64,000 bases of DNA, from NCBI GenBank assembly GCA_951804945.1, contig OX638164.1, forward strand, positions 17,422,001 through 17,486,000, read 5' to 3'. This DNA is from Podarcis cretensis (taxonomy: Eukaryota). Below the pieces are notes generated by a model. The model worked only from the letters and a program-made list of their open reading frames with translations. It did no database searches and was not told the DNA's origin. The translations under genes were made by a program, and so were the position numbers. This document shows positions 1-12,864 of the stretch, one piece after another (within the stretch, counting starts at the first letter, position 1; the number at the start of each line of letters is the position of its first letter).

Positions 1-230
1 CCGCTAAGATAAATGCATATTTGTATTTTCACAAATGTATTGATTTTCATGTGCACCCACTCCTAATATATGCATTTTCTTTTGGTGAACAGTGTTTGGT
101 TGGAGAAGTGCATTGCAAAATTCAGATAAATGCACATTTTGAACAACCGTTCTGTTTTGGTTCTCATTTTGTTTCAGAAAATGCCAGATCTGGCTTTAAA
201 TGCAATCTGAGTGGGAAATCTCCACCCCTA
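1..230. mobile_element. Truncated AT-rich lizard interspersed repeat, probably a non-autonomous DNA element ending in ...CCCCTA
   Basis: Resembles common lacertid repeats with TAGGG termini; other end lies outside the window. Confidence 0.35.
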
Positions 231-1019
231 ATGTCTACACAATGTCAGCCCCCTTGAGTGTCATGGGACTTGTGACTAGGTTAGGTGTGTACAGGACCAA
301 AGTCTTTAGCTTCATCTACACTTCTGCATTTGCCACAGCTTTCCCCCAAGAAAACCCACAAACATCCATCAGATTTTCTGCAGATTTACACTTATTCCAG
401 TTCAGCAATAAACAGTGAGTTTTCCGAGGAAAGAGGTAGGATGAATGCAAAACCTCTCGAACCCATGCTTTCTAGACACAGGACAAACACAAGTGTGATC
501 CAGCCTGACTTGCAGTCCTGCAGTTGCAATTTACTCTCCCATGGAGAAGCTCCACAGAAGGCCAACCTCTGCTTCCTGTAGATTAGCAAAAAGGTGAAAG
601 CCACTTCCTCTCCGTTCCTATCAGTTTCCTTGGTTACTGATCTCCAGTTACTCACCTGTGCCTTCCTGGCCTGGGCTGCACAACGTTGCCTTCTGCACAC
701 AAGCCCAGGACGTCAACAGACTCTCAAATGGAAAGGCAACGCTCCGTGGTAAACAAAGCCTGTGGAAAGAGGGGAGAGGACCTTGCAGAAGCATCAAAGT
801 TCAGAGGTGGCATCGTTTCTGAGTGATAAACAAGGTATGAAAAGAAGTGTTTGTCTTCTTCGTCATGATGTATCTCTCTCGGAAAAGGTAATGGCACTGG
901 AATTTAGCCTTTACAGTCTTGGGCTACTTCCTGCCCCAGAGCCAAGCTAAACTACTTACTATTGGTATTAGTGTTGTTATTATTATAATAGAAAAAAAAC
1001 CAACATTATTACTGCTACT

Positions 1020-1632
1020 ACATTTAAATATTAGTATTTCCTCCAAGGAGCTCAAGGTGTCATGTGTGGTTCTCCCCATTTTATCCTTGCAACAACCCTA
1101 TGAGGTAGGCTGAGAGACAGTGAATGGCTCAAGATCACCCCACCCACCAAAGTGAACGTCATGGCTGACTGGGTATTTGAACCCTGGTCTCCCAGGTGCT
1201 AGTCCAGCACTCCAACCACTAGGTAAAAAAGGGAAAGGACCCCTGGACGGTTAAGTCCAGTCAAAGGCGACTATGGGATTGTGGCACTCGTCTCGCTTTC
1301 AGGCCGAGGGAGCCAGCGTTTGACCGCAGACAGCTTTCTGGGTCATATGGCCAGCATGACTAAACTGCTACTGGTGCAACAGGACATGTGATGGAAGCCA
1401 GAGCGCATGGAAATGCTGTTTACCTTCCCACTACAGCAGTACCTATTTATCTACTTGCACTGGTGTGCTTTTGAACTGTTAGGTTGGCAGAAGCTGGGAC
1501 AGAGCAATGGGAGCTCACCCCATCGTGCAGATTCGAACCATCATCCTTCCAATTGGCAAGCCCAAGGGGCTCAGTGGTTTAGACCACAGTGCCACCCACG
1601 TCCCAATTCCAACCACATTGCCACCCTGGCTC
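1020..1632 (-). mobile_element. Squam3/MIR-like SINE, split by a Sauria SINE
   Basis: ccaaggagctcaagg...acaaccctatgaggtagg...tttgaaccctggtctccc...; head resumes after 1605. Confidence 0.6.
1221..1604 (-). mobile_element. Sauria SINE (diverged)
   Basis: Head GGGAC..GGTGGC, internal core shared with the other three copies, degenerate ACCTTT tail, TCCAACCAC target-site duplication. Confidence 0.85.
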
Positions 1633-2742
1633 ACACTTGGCATTGTGTAGCTGCTGGGTTTTTTGGTGATTTTTTTTTTCCTTTAAAGAGGGAATGTGCA
1701 TAATGATATTGGCAATTTCATTTTCTTTTAGTTTCCTAATGATACCTTAAAGTGATGCTAACAGCTGTTTTGCAAAAGATGCCCCATAGCCATTCATGTT
1801 TTTGGTGTCCCAGGAAAAATGGAGGATCTTATACATCGTTATTTTTTTATATGTCCCACCATGTTATCAGCCCAAAACAAATTTATTCCTCAGCCGCTGT
1901 TGGGTAAGGAAAATTGGCCAGTACTTTAAAAAAAAGGGGGGGGGAGAAGTATTACTCAAGAAGTATTACTCAAGACAGCAGCATATGCACGAGCTTCATC
2001 TAAATCTCACGCTGCTCTCATACGGCAAATTCCTGCCATGATAAGTAACTTGGGTTGAGCTAACCTTTCCCCATGGCATCAATTTGTAAGATAGGAGCTT
2101 TATCCATTTTGTTCTGTTACGGCCTCAGGCCAATATGGAAATCACAGAACCGTCTCTATTCCAACAGGGAGAAAAAGGCTAGAAAGAGTCTTCTTCATGG
2201 TTTGGTCATAAGCAACAGGCACCCAGGAAAAACCCTATGGTTCCTAGGACTATGTCCCCATCAGAAGCCATAGGCCTCCTCCTCAGTGGGCAGAAGAAGA
2301 GAGCACTGGCCCTGGAGATGGTCATCCTAAGTCAGATCCGCCTTCTCTGCCACTTCAGAAACTTCTGTGGTCTTTGGCCTTCCAATACTGGAGTTCTTCG
2401 CAGGGATGAAATGTCTGTGCATGTGCACACCAAGATCTGATACCCTTCCAGTCCTCCAAGGTGCCTGCACACCCCTGGAACTGGTGTAGTTAATTTCCTT
2501 CCCATTGATCTCATCTGGAGATAAAACTGTACCAAAACTGTACCAGAACAGAGCAGGATGGAGGAGCGGGAGAGATCTCTTCTACCCTTGCTTTCACCCA
2601 GCTGGCAAAGAGCCTAGCAGAGAATTGGATGGGGCAGGTGAAGGGCCTTCATCTCTTCTGCCCTACATGGGATGGCGTTCTTAGAAACCTGGTACAGGAA
2701 TGATGCCATCAAAGGGGGGGGAGAGAAGACTTGGTTACTGTA

Positions 2743-3131
2743 GTAAAGCATCTAGAAACGATGCCTTATGAGGAACAGTGGAGGGAGTTGGCTATTTTTA
2801 GCCTGGAAAACAAACAGAGAGGGGATATGATAACCACCTTCAAATATCTAAAGAGCTGTTGCATGGAAGATGCTGCTCCAGAGGGGAGGACCCAAATCAA
2901 TGGATTCAAATGATAAGAAAGGAGATTCTGACTAAACATCAGGAAGAACTTTCTGACAGTAAGAGCAGCTTAATGGACTCCCTCAGGAGGTGGTGGACTC
3001 TCCTTCTTTGAAGGTCTTTAAGCAGAGGTTGGATGGCCACCTGCCACAGATGCTTTAGTTGAGATTCCTGCATTGCAGGGGGTTGGATGAGATAACCCTC
3101 AGGGTCCTTTCCAACTATACAGTTCTATGAA
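2743..3131 (+). mobile_element. CR1 LINE 3' fragment
   Basis: ORF2 C-terminal remnant ([19 protein letters not shown]...RGDMI..FKYLK) and CR1 3' end ...ccttccaactatacagttctatga. Confidence 0.9.
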
Positions 3132-3485
3132 TAACTTACTATTTTGTCTATTGACTCCATAACAATCCTCCCTTTCCCAGCCGAACCCCAATATCTTCAT
3201 CTCTTCTTCTAGGCTAGCCTACAAACTTTCTTCTGCCAACACTGGAATGAAAAGTGAGCATTATTAGAAAGGGCGGTTGTTTGAGTTTTAGAAGGAAATG
3301 TCTCAGTAGAATCTTTGTGACAGGCCATCATTTCTTCTCCCAGGATTTTTCATGAGAAAGGAATCTGTAGTGCCTGCCGAGGGACACTGATTCATCCAAT
3401 TAAATCTTTGTAATGTTTAATTGCTTGAAGCAAGCTCTCTCAACAGGGATTGTGGAATCCGCTCTTATAATAAAACGTGATGGAA

Positions 3486-3630
3486 AGAATTAAAGAATTG
3501 TACCATTGGAAGGGGCACTGAGGATCATTTAGTCAAACCACATGCAATGCAGAAATACGCAGTTGTCCCATAAGGGGATCAAACCTGCAACTCTGGCATT
3601 ATCAGTGCATTGCTCTAACCAACTGAGCTC
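3486..3630 (-). mobile_element. tRNA-Ile-derived SINE with CR1-like tail (diverged)
   Basis: Reverse complement gives agctcagttggttagagc..tgctgataatgcc..gttgcaggtttgatcccc followed by CR1 3' end. Confidence 0.7.
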
Positions 3631-4332
3631 AGTTGAAGATCCCACCAAGGTATTTCCTTTTAAGAACCAGCTAACTCTCCTTCTATGCTGCTCTTCACTT
3701 CTCTGCATGCTGAAACGGACTAGTCTTTGGTCTGCAAATGCTCTTAAAATAAAGCAAAATTTATTTTTTTAAAAAAAAAGTTAAATCTCAGAGGGTCTAC
3801 AAACTCCATCCCTCCACCCAATTTTTAATGAACCACCACAGGCTCCAAACTTAAAACTTCCTTTTAATGTAGCTAACATTTCCAAAAGATTTGCATCATT
3901 TCTGCAGATCAGGAGTTGTTTTGTAACTCTCCTCAAAACACAGAGATCCAGGTTGTGCCAGGCACAGACTTGCAACCAATGGTGAGGAACCCTGGCTCCT
4001 GAGCCAAGGAGATTACAGGATGGAATTTGCATTGTGGAAAATGCCAAGGATCCAGCTGCCAGCACGGTTACAATCTAAGCAGGTATTGGCAAGGACTGTG
4101 CAAAAAGCACATTTTTTGGCTCATGCTAATGACAGCTTCCCCACCAGAAACCAGATTAAAAAGGCTTTTTGCCCACTCAAGTGCCTAATTTAAGGCAGTG
4201 CTTTGAGTAACGATTAAAAGATTTGTCGAAATCAGTGGGATCTAAGCTCTGCCAGCATGGTCTTAAGTACAAGCTTGGAGCTGGCCCGTCGCTTAATGAC
4301 AGCAACGTGGAGCGAGAGGAACTGCACATGTG

Positions 4333-4745
4333 AAGGTAAAGGTAAAGGTAAAGGTAAAGGTAAAGGTAAAGGTAAAGGTAAAGGTAAAGGTAAAGGTAAA
4401 GGTAAAGGAACCCCTGACCGTTAGGTCCAGTCGTGACCGACTCTGGGGTCATCTCGCTTTATTGGCAGAGGGAGCCGGCATACAGCTTCTGGGTCATGTG
4501 GCCAGCATGACTAAGCCGCTTCTGGCGAACCAGAGCAGGGCACGGCAATGCCGTTTTACCTTCCCGCTGGAGCGGTACCTATTTATCTACTGTACTTGCA
4601 CTTTGACATGCTTTCGAACTGCTAGGTTGGCAGGAGCAGGGACCGAGCAACAGGAGCTCATCCCATCGTGGTGATTCGAACCGCCGACCTTCTGATCGGC
4701 AAGTCCTAGGCTCTGTGGTTTAACCCACAGCGCCACCCACGTCCC
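4333..4745 (-). mobile_element. Sauria SINE with expanded (ACCTTT)12 tail
   Basis: Full head and body; (AAGGTA)12 at 4333-4404; GTGAAGG flanking duplication. Confidence 0.92.
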
Positions 4746-5733
4746 ACGTGTGAAGGGATGCACGCAAATTGAACAGCACAAAAGAGAACTTTTTTGCATT
4801 GCCTTGCACAAGCAAACACTTTTGCCCATGGCTAGCTTCTCACTGAGCTCGGCTCCTGCCTTACGATCAACTTCTGGGCCAACCTTAAGGATGCTCAGCG
4901 TTTGCATCGCATCTTGGTGACTCCCCTCTAATGTGGCTTGTATAATTCATTGCTCATGAGCAATTTGTCAAAAGCGGGTCAGCAAATCTCCTCGCAAGCA
5001 TCTCAATGGGTAAGTGGAGGAAAATTGCAAGAGCTGAAAGGGGCAAAACCTGCTGAACGCATCAGTCATCTTGTTCCGATGCAAAATGACCAGGCAGCTC
5101 TCTTAACTGCCTGCAGTTCAGGCCTTTTGACTTCATTTTCCATGCTGCTAACTTTGCACCAGCTCAGCTTATGGAAGTGGCAGCTGGGATGACCTCATAG
5201 CAAACAGCAAAGCATTTATACAGATTTATAGCTCACAAAGTACCAGGGATGCCTTATATAAAACATTGCCTCTGAAGGAGGCAGCTGTATGTAACCTCAG
5301 CAGCGGTGGGTCCCCAAACACCCATTTGCAGGAAACATTAAGGGGAGGATTTGCAAAGGGTGTAAGCCGGGCAGGTCTCATGCCCAATCCCTCACCCAAA
5401 TATTTGCCCTTGAAGCCAACACGCCAATGCCAGTCTTAGTTCTGGATTCAGAGCTTGGCTGGAGAAATCTATATTTGCAAATTTCTTCTGCAACTGGGCT
5501 CAAGGGGGTGTGGGTGTATGTGGCTCTCAAGTGGTCAACCTTCCAGGTCCTGTAAAGGCCCAGATCTGCATAGCTCATGTGCCTTCATCCTTACAAAGGT
5601 GGCAGGGAGACAGGTGTCCCTCAAAATGTGCAGCTCCACCCAGAGTTAAACACACAAACAAAAAACCCCAACCAGCAATGGTGCCTCATTTGTGTGGACA
5701 CAGAGAAATCCCTTTGGGGAAAGTTTCTAATTA

Positions 5734-5987
5734 CAGCGGTACTTCTAGATACGAACGAGATCCGTTCCGGAGCCCCGTTCGCATCTAGGGGTAAATGTAT
5801 GTAGCGACGGCACGTCTACACGCGCCGCTTTTCGCCGCTTCCGCGCATGCGTGTGATGTCATTTTCAGCGTCTGCGCATGCGCAAGCAGCGAAACCCAGA
5901 AGTAACACGCTCCGTTATTTCTGGGTTGCCACGGAGCGCAGCTCAAATGCGCTCAACTCGAAGAGTATTTAACCCGAGGTATGACTG
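5734..5987. mobile_element. CpG-rich Tc1/mariner(Tigger/pogo)-type MITE
   Basis: TA-flanked; imperfect TIRs CAGCGGTACTTC / GAGGTATGACTG. Confidence 0.7.
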
Positions 5988-6136
5988 TAGAGCACTCAGA
6001 GAAAAAGCTCAAATCCTCAAAGATTTTTGTTATTAAAATGCATTGGGCTTCCCTTTGATACCTCTCCTCATCTCAGGAATAAATCTATATTTGCAGCAGA
6101 GGTTGCTCCATTAGGGCAAATGGAGCACTGGCCCAC

Positions 6137-6616
6137 CATAGAATCATAGAATCATAGAATCATAGAATCATAGAGTTGGAAGAGACCACAAGGGCCATCG
6201 AGTCCAACCCCCTGCCAAGCAGGAAACACCATCAGAGCACTCCTGACATATGGTTGTCAAGCCTCTGCTTAAAGACCTCCAAAGAAGGAGACTCCACCAC
6301 ACTCCTTGGCAGCAAATTCCACTGTCGAACAGCTCTTACTGTCAGGAAGTTCTTCCTAATGTTTAGGTGGAATCTTCTTTCTTGTAGCTTGGAACCATTG
6401 CTCCGTGTCCACTTCTCTGGAGCAGCAGAAAACAACCTTTCTCCCTCCTCACTGTGACATCCTTTTATATATTTGAACATGGCTATCATATCACCCCTTA
6501 ACCTCCTCTTCTCCAGGCTAAACATGCCCAGCTCCCTTAGCCGTTCCTCATAAGGCATCGTTTCCAGGCCTTTGACCATTTTGGTTGCCCTCCTCTGGAC
6601 ACGTTCCAGTTTGTCA
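6137..6616 (-). mobile_element. Young CR1 LINE 3' fragment
   Basis: Uninterrupted ORF2 C-terminus (6232..6579: [29 protein letters not shown]...FKQRLD) and (ATTCTATG)n tail. Confidence 0.95.
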
Positions 6617-7000
6617 CCTCACCCTGCCCTCAGCCAGCCCCCACCTGCCTGCCTTCTTACTTACCACTGGGCCAGGGGGTGGCGCTGGCAGGCAGGTTCC
6701 TTCTCCTGAAGGGCCAACATTGTCCTTGTAGAACTCAGCAGGGAGGAGGATGCTGACTTAGCTGGCTCTGCCCATCATTGGCTCTGGCGCCACCTACTGT
6801 TGGCCTCCCTTCTAACCGGCCACTCTCAATGGGCACCTGCCACCACTGTTCTCCCTTTTCACAACAGCGGTATTCCAGGACAGCAGTGGGCACCTTGGTA
6901 TCTGGGAGGGCAAGATTCTGAACCCACCCCACTAGAAAGAGCTCCTACCTCAAGCAACTTGGGTGAAACCTCCCAGGCAGAATAATGGCCTGTAGAGCCA

Positions 7001-7226
7001 CAGTGGTACCTCGGTTTACATATGCTTCAGGTTACAGACTCTGCTAACGCAGAAATAGTACCTCGGGTTAAGAACTTTGCTTCAGGATGAGAACAGAAAT
7101 CATGCTGTGGCGGCGCGGCGGCAGTGGGAGGCCCCATTAGCTAAAGTGGTGCTTCAGGTTAAGGACAGTTTCAGGTTAAGAATGGACCTCCAGAATGAAT
7201 TAAGTTCTTAACCCGAGGTACCACTG
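7001..7226. mobile_element. Tigger/pogo-like MITE, family A, orientation 1
   Basis: TIR CAGTGGTACCTCGG / CCGAGGTACCACTG, TA on right. Confidence 0.85.
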
Positions 7227-8150
7227 TATTTTCATCATGAACCTTGCATGCCCAGAGTGGCACCATGCTTTGTTTTGTGGCCTCGGCAGTACCAATCCCT
7301 GAGCAACTTTGCTCAGGAAGACACAAGATGCAGGCTGGCCACAGCCCATTCGACACCACTTGGGTACCAGAGTACATCTCTGCATCTTGATGTATTTCAT
7401 CTTGACAGGCATTGTCACAAAAATCTCCTTTTTGCAAATGTCTCCTTTGAGGTATTCTGCAGCTGTTGCCTTTCACCACAACAGGTTCCTGAAATCCTAT
7501 TATGTGCAGGTGGGATTTGCGGGAGATGAGTTGCGTATAAAACAATCCCCTTCAGTTCTGCAGCTTTCACATAAGCCAGGCAGACAGTGGACATGTTGTG
7601 AAGCACTGCCTGATCACTCGCAGCCATTGTCCCTTCCCCTTAATTCACTTTGCCTTCCCTTTTCATTCATTGATTCGCTAGAGAATCAGCTTCAAGTCAG
7701 GTTTTATTCTCTCCCCCCCCCCCACAATGCTTTTATGTGTCAGCAGCCAGACTTCCACATCCTGCTGCATTGATAACACAATTCCAACAGCTCAATCTCT
7801 TTTACAGGTCTTCTCAGGTAGTTTCGGCAGTTTCTCCCGGAGAAGTGAAAATGGAAAGCCTTTCTGGCTCCAGGCTCTGATCTGGGTCTCCTTAGTCAGA
7901 CCAGAAAAACAGCAGCCCGGACAGCAGAAAAGCTCAGATCAGCAAGGGCTGGTTTGTCTCTAATACTGGATAGCAAATTTGGGGCAATCGTTTTTGACAG
8001 GCACAATTGCTGCTGCTCTTGTTTTCAGCATGAAAGGAAGCAAGATTGGATTGCCACGACTGCAACGCGGAGCCCATCCGATTATGATTTGCACAAAACA
8101 AAACCCAAATGATTCAAGAGTGGTGTAAAGTAGGATGGCACCAGCACAAG

Positions 8151-8297
8151 AGAATCATAGAATTGTAGAGTTGGAAGAAGGGGCCCCGAGGGTCATCTAG
8201 TCCAACCCCCTGAAATGCAGGAATATGCAATTGTTCCATATGGGGATCGAACCTGCAACCTTGGCATTATCAGAACCAAACTTTAACCAATTGAGCC
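8151..8297 (-). mobile_element. tRNA-Ile-derived SINE with CR1-like tail
   Basis: Same structure as the 3486 and 37009 copies. Confidence 0.75.
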
Positions 8298-8719
8298 ATG
8301 TCTGCCCTGAAAACAGGAGGTGTTTTCAGTGACACCTCTGCCAAACCCATCGCTCTCTGTAGGTGGTTGGAAATCTTGTAAGCAGGATCGGCTTGCATAA
8401 TTGTTAGCCCTCCAGATGCTGTGGGACTACAACTCCCATCCTTCCTCACTGATGGGAATTGCAATCCAGCAACATCCAGCAACAATTGGCTGCCCAATGT
8501 GCCTCATCCCAACGAAATGTCCCAGCAGCACGCTTACTGATTTCATCATTGTGAATCAAGCCAGAGGACTCATGTCGTGCAGGGAGTATCGTGAGAAAAA
8601 TCTGAACAGGTCAGAGGGGGATAACAAATATCGTCAGCAGAATGGAAAACAAGTCTTAGGGAGAAAGATGGACATTTTCAGCCCCAGGAAGTTTTAATGG
8701 GGCCACAACCGACCCAAAG

Positions 8720-9357
8720 GACTGCTGTGTGGGAAAGGGCAAGACTTGGTTCTCTGCTGCTCCCTAGAGGGCAGGACTAAATCTCATGGGCAGATCGCAG
8801 TTTGACATGGAACTCTTGATGATGAGTTCTAGTTACAGTGGTACCTCTGGTTAAGAACTTAATTCATCCTGGAGGTCCATTCTTAACCTGAAACTGTTCT
8901 TAACCTGAAGCACCACTTTAGCTAATGGGGCCTCCTGCTGTTGCTGCCGCTGCGCCGCCGCTGTGCAATTTCTGTTCTCATCCTGAAGCAAATTTCTTAA
9001 CCTGAGGTACTATTTCTGGGTTAGTGGAGTCTGTAACCTGAAGCGTCTGTAACCTGAGGTACCACTGTATTTAGGTTGTGGTGGGTGAGCTCTTCCTCCC
9101 TGGGACTGTTCAAGCAGAGGCAGACAGACAGACACCTGTTTGGGATGTTGCAACCTTCGATTCCTCGCAGGATGGCCTGCTGCAGCAGCAGCGCCTTCTC
9201 CACCAAACAATAGACTCTCCTTCCATTGAGCTTTTTAAACAGAGGCTGAATGGACACCTGCCAGGGATTCCTTAGTTGTGATTTCTGCACTGCGGGGGGT
9301 TGGACTAGATGGCCCTTGGGTGCCCCTTCCAACTCGACAGTTCCATGTTTCTATGAG
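8720..9357 (+). mobile_element. Degraded CR1 3' fragments, interrupted by the MITE
   Basis: ttctctgctgctcc.gagggcaggac; tctccttccattgagctttttaaacagaggctg...ttggactagatggcc...ccttccaactc..ttctatga. Confidence 0.75.
8836..9067. mobile_element. Tigger/pogo-like MITE, family A, orientation 2, inserted in an old CR1 fragment
   Basis: TA-CAGTGGTACCTC...GAGGTACCACTG-TA. Confidence 0.88.
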
Positions 9358-10391
9358 ACAGCTGTGACTTTCCTAAGCGTGTGGATCCACAGAGGCGAGA
9401 GCTTGTCTTTCCTGCACGAAGTGCCGCAATCCCACTTTGTGAGCCTTATTGAAAAGACAGCGGAAGCTGCAGGAAGGGGCTGCCAGCATAATATGCAGCG
9501 GGGCCACGAGGCTTAAGTGGCTGGCTGGCCCTGAATGACGAAAATGGGCTTCCCTTCCTGAAAGCAGACAAAGAGGCCTCAGACAACACACTTATGTGAA
9601 AATGCTTCCATGCTTTAAAGGAAATAGATGCCCCTAGAGAATGGGAAGGTCCTCTAGTCTCCCATCATCTGAGCTTCATTGCATGACCTTGATTGGGTTC
9701 TAGTATTGGGACACATCCTGGTCTAAAAAGCCCCAGACGCTGAAACCGTCCACTTTCCTCCTAGTTCTGTAGCTCTAAAGCACCTAGTGTTTTCTTTCAG
9801 CCCAGTGGGATGCAAACATTTCTAAATCCCCACAAAATGGACCGTGGATGTCCCCCCCTCTAGAGTGAGTGCTACAAGGAAGCTACTGGAGTCTGAAACA
9901 TGGGAGAAACCCGAAACAGGGATTAGGACAAATGCTACCTTCAAAATAAAGGTGTTTATTGAAGATGCTGCTGCAGCAGAAGTCCCTTTTGATTGTTTAA
10001 AAAATGCTCTCACACATACACTCCGTGGTACACTTGGAATAAAGATTAATCCAGTCCCGCGAACAAAATATGCAAGCAAAGTAGAGGAGCAAGTGCTATA
10101 GCAGTTTTCCTGACATTTATTGGTGTCTTTCCAGTTCAACAAGGATCAAAAGCAAGTAATTCCCCCAGCTTTTCCCAGCTGTCTAAAAATACCCTCTGAA
10201 TCTCAGTGGTATGTTGTGGCTCTGATAAGATGAGAGCAACAGCATTCCCTGGCTATCAGCCATCTTGCTCAAGTTTTGCAGAGACGGAGACTGATTTAAT
10301 GAATTGGGAAGGCTGTCAAACAACCAGTGAAAATCCCAGTTAGGGCACCCCTTCTAGGAAGAGACATGGGGTGCTGTTTCATCTATGTATG

Positions 10392-10436
10392 CATCCATCC
10401 ATCCATCCATCCATCCATCCATCCATCCATCCATCC
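10392..10436. repeat. (CATC)n microsatellite
   Basis: Direct observation. Confidence 0.95.
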
Positions 10437-10680
10437 TGTTTCATCCATGATCTCCAAATATCCCCATTCCCAGATTCAGGAATTCTGTAATTCTGTATTA
10501 AAAGGAGGGGGGCATTCTGACATTTGGAAAGGGAAGTGCTTTTAATCAGATTTGCACAAAGCTATGTAATTTGCATAGGGGGTGATGCAGGCAGCCCCTT
10601 TCAAGGCAAATTGTGGAGCTGGGTGACAAGGCTGGAATGTGGGGCAATTCTCACAACTCCTTCAGGGATGTAATAGGCAC

Positions 10681-11052
10681 TTGTTGTTGTTTGTTGTTTA
10701 GTCGTTTAGTCATGTCTGACTCTTCATGACTCCATGGACCAGAGCACGCCAGGCACTCCTGTTTTCCACTGCCTCCCACAGTTTGGTCAAACTCATGTTT
10801 GTAGCTTCGAGAACACTGTCCAACCATCTCGTCCTCTGCTGTCCCCTTCTCCTTGCGCCCTCCATCTTTCCCAACATCAGGGTCTTTTCCAGGGAGTCTT
10901 CTCTTCTCACGAGGTGGCCAAAGTATTGGAGCTTCAGCTTCACGATCTGTCCTTCCAGTGAGCAGTCAGGGCTGATTTCCTTAAGGTTTGATCTTCTTGC
11001 AGTCCATGGGACTCTCAAGAGTCTCCCCCAGCACCATAATTCAAAAGCATCA
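10681..11052 (-). mobile_element. Bov-B (RTE) LINE 3' fragment
   Basis: ORF 10710..11018 (RVPWTARRSN...LKLQYFGHL.RR.DSLEKTLMLGK.EG.RRRG.QR.RWLD...W.A.VHGV.KS.T) is the Bov-B RT C-terminus; (CAA)n tail. Confidence 0.93.
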
Positions 11053-11717
11053 CTAGTCCCTGTGATTCAGAGGTGGTTTCCTGAGTACCCCAGCCTAGAA
11101 TAAGATTGGGTGACTTACCTTGTTGATACGCTTCCCAAAGGTCACCCAAATATCTGAGCACTGAAGGAATAAAATAGAAACTTGTTGGGTAGGTATATTT
11201 GAACAGGACTGCTGACCACCAGCTAGGAAAGTCCTTGTTTTGAGGTATTGAGTGGAAGTTTCCCACACTGCCCTACCATTTCTTTATAGTGATGAGGACT
11301 AGAGACTTCCTCATTTTTTAACTGAACATACACGCTCAACAATTTATTGATTCCTATAAAACTGGCTTAATGAGGTGGAAGTTCAACATGCCTGACTTAC
11401 ATTCTGCACACTGATAGACATGGTCTCCTAAGTTATGGATTCCCCCTCTTCAAATAAAAATCAAAACAATACATCAAAGTAAGGGAAAGAAAGTTGGAAA
11501 TGAAATTGATATCACAGTGTTATAGAGTTGGAAAGGAACCCAGGGGTCATCTAGTCTAACCCCCTATAAACACATCGTATGTTTATGTTAATGATGTTTA
11601 TTGCCTTTCATGCATTTACGCATAGTTGTCTCAAACCAGTTTGAGCTGGCTTGATGTCTTTGCCAGTCTTCTTTCATTCAATCTCTTTGCTCAGATTCTG
11701 ACCACAATTTTATAACC

Positions 11718-11850
11718 TGCATTCAATAGAGAGATGGCCAGGGGATTTGGTGGGGTGGGAGGAAGAAATTTATAAGACTATGGATGCCAGATTTGTCCCT
11801 GGCACAACTGAGGGAGGCAATATTCATGATATTTTTTTAAAACAACACAG
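11718..11850 (+). repeat. Left arm of diverged inverted repeat (partner 12865-12998)
   Basis: Shares TGCATTC, ATGGCCAGGG.ATTTGG, an 18-bp exact TATGGATGCCAGATTTGT, AACTGAGG, CATGATA and AAACAACACAG with the reverse complement of 12865-12998. Confidence 0.85.
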
Positions 11851-12864
11851 ACACACAGATATTGTCCATGTAGCTTAATACTGCCTGCTCTGACTGACAG
11901 GCTTTCTCCAGAATCTCATTCAGATAAATGAAGCATCATATTTCCAACAACTTTTTGCCAGGTTCTTTTTATTAACAGGATCTGCCCAGGGGCTTTCTGC
12001 TCTGCTGCTCAGGTTCTGTCCTCCACCATCATAGTGGAACCCTGCCAGTCTTTCAGAGCAAATTGCACCTTTCTTGGGAGACATAAGAGGCAGCTAGCAG
12101 CAGAAACCACTGCATTTTGGTAACTCAGTAGTTCATGGCAGACTCAGCTTGTCCTCAACCATAGGAAGTGCTGCTTCCTGCAGGTGACCTGTTGCACTAG
12201 TTACTGGTAATTGACTTAGCAGAGTAAAAGCTGTAAGGGAGGGGCGGAGGCCTTCCATTTATTGACTCCAATGCTGGCACTCTGGGAAATATCTATAATT
12301 TATTTTGCTGTGCGGAAAACATTTGCTGCCAACTTCACTCTTGAAAGAGCAGAGTAGATAATGTAATTGAACCAGCAAATCATTTCCAGTATGGTCCAGC
12401 ATTTAGAGGGGTAGGACTCTAGAGGCCCATCCCTTGTCCTCTTGGAGGCCCAAGATTTTCTTTTTTAAAAAAATAAAAAATCATCACATTCATTTCCTGC
12501 TAGACTTAGCACTTAAAAGACACAGAGGTGTGATTTTAGGTCATGTACAGTGGGAGGGGGAAAGTAGCAAGACAAATACACACAGAGAGAGACACATTTC
12601 AGACCTTCATAACGGAAGAGTGATGACTATATGGAACAAGTTTCATTGATCAAAAACAAAAAAATGACTGCTCATATCTAGAGTTTTCCCATTCTTATGG
12701 TTTGTAAGTCCGAAGAGCAAAGTTTTCCAAGGTACACTTTTGTTGCTGTTTTCAAAATAAATACTCTCAGAACACAATAATACAATGATCTGTATGCTGC
12801 TTCTAATCCTTTTCGCTCTATGCAGATGACATTCCACTTTACTATTTGCTAAACCCTTGAACTG

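Noticed and set aside
1949-2545. Short tandem duplications (agtattactcaag x2, aaaactgtacc x2)
   Set aside because: Ordinary replication-slippage products with no array structure
4177-4674. ORFs with (YL)n and (KV)n repeats
   Set aside because: Translation of the (ACCTTT)n Sauria SINE tail
9800-10101. Good acceptor at 9800 and 85-aa ORF; also ORF 13221..13475
   Set aside because: All frames after the acceptor hit stops early; no recognisable homology or consistent exon chain
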